Below, one piece after another: positions 61,460-63,922 of a stretch of DNA of 63,922 nucleotides (its first letter is position 1; every line of letters starts with the position of its first letter). The notes beneath the pieces are model-generated. The model was not told where the DNA came from and searched no databases. It saw only the letters and a list, made by a program, of their open reading frames with translations. Position numbers and translations under genes: made by a program. Source of the stretch: Guillardia theta CCMP2712 (lineage: Eukaryota; Protista; Cryptophyta); NCBI RefSeq assembly GCF_000315625.1, contig NW_005434648.1, positions 124,079-188,000 on the forward strand. The letters are read 5' to 3'.

Positions 61460-63922
<2,463 letters not shown>

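Overview
Eukaryotic nuclear DNA: gene-dense, GC-rich, with many short GT-AG introns, some filled with microsatellites. Several genes carry bipartite signal-plus-transit presequences with Phe at +1, which points to an alga with a complex red plastid, most likely a cryptophyte (inference). Recognisable genes are eIF3m, a right-handed beta-helix protein, a calpain-like protein lacking its catalytic triad, a Kelch protein, a NACHT-WD40 STAND NTPase, a calmodulin-like protein, C2CD5, an AIFM2/FSP1-like oxidoreductase, an RCC1-repeat protein, a Methyltransf_24-type methyltransferase, a beta-carbonic anhydrase with a substituted Zn ligand, and an MLO protein. The standout is a lower-GC island at about 39.8-45.5 kb. 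It holds an intronless Crinkler/RHS-type gene (helical repeats + P-loop NTPase + restriction-endonuclease-fold domain) and a 24-bp minisatellite between two direct-repeat copies of a decayed retroelement gag-knuckle/protease segment, with a hairpin just upstream. All spliced models were read by eye, so exon boundaries and some gene ends are approximate. No database searches were run.
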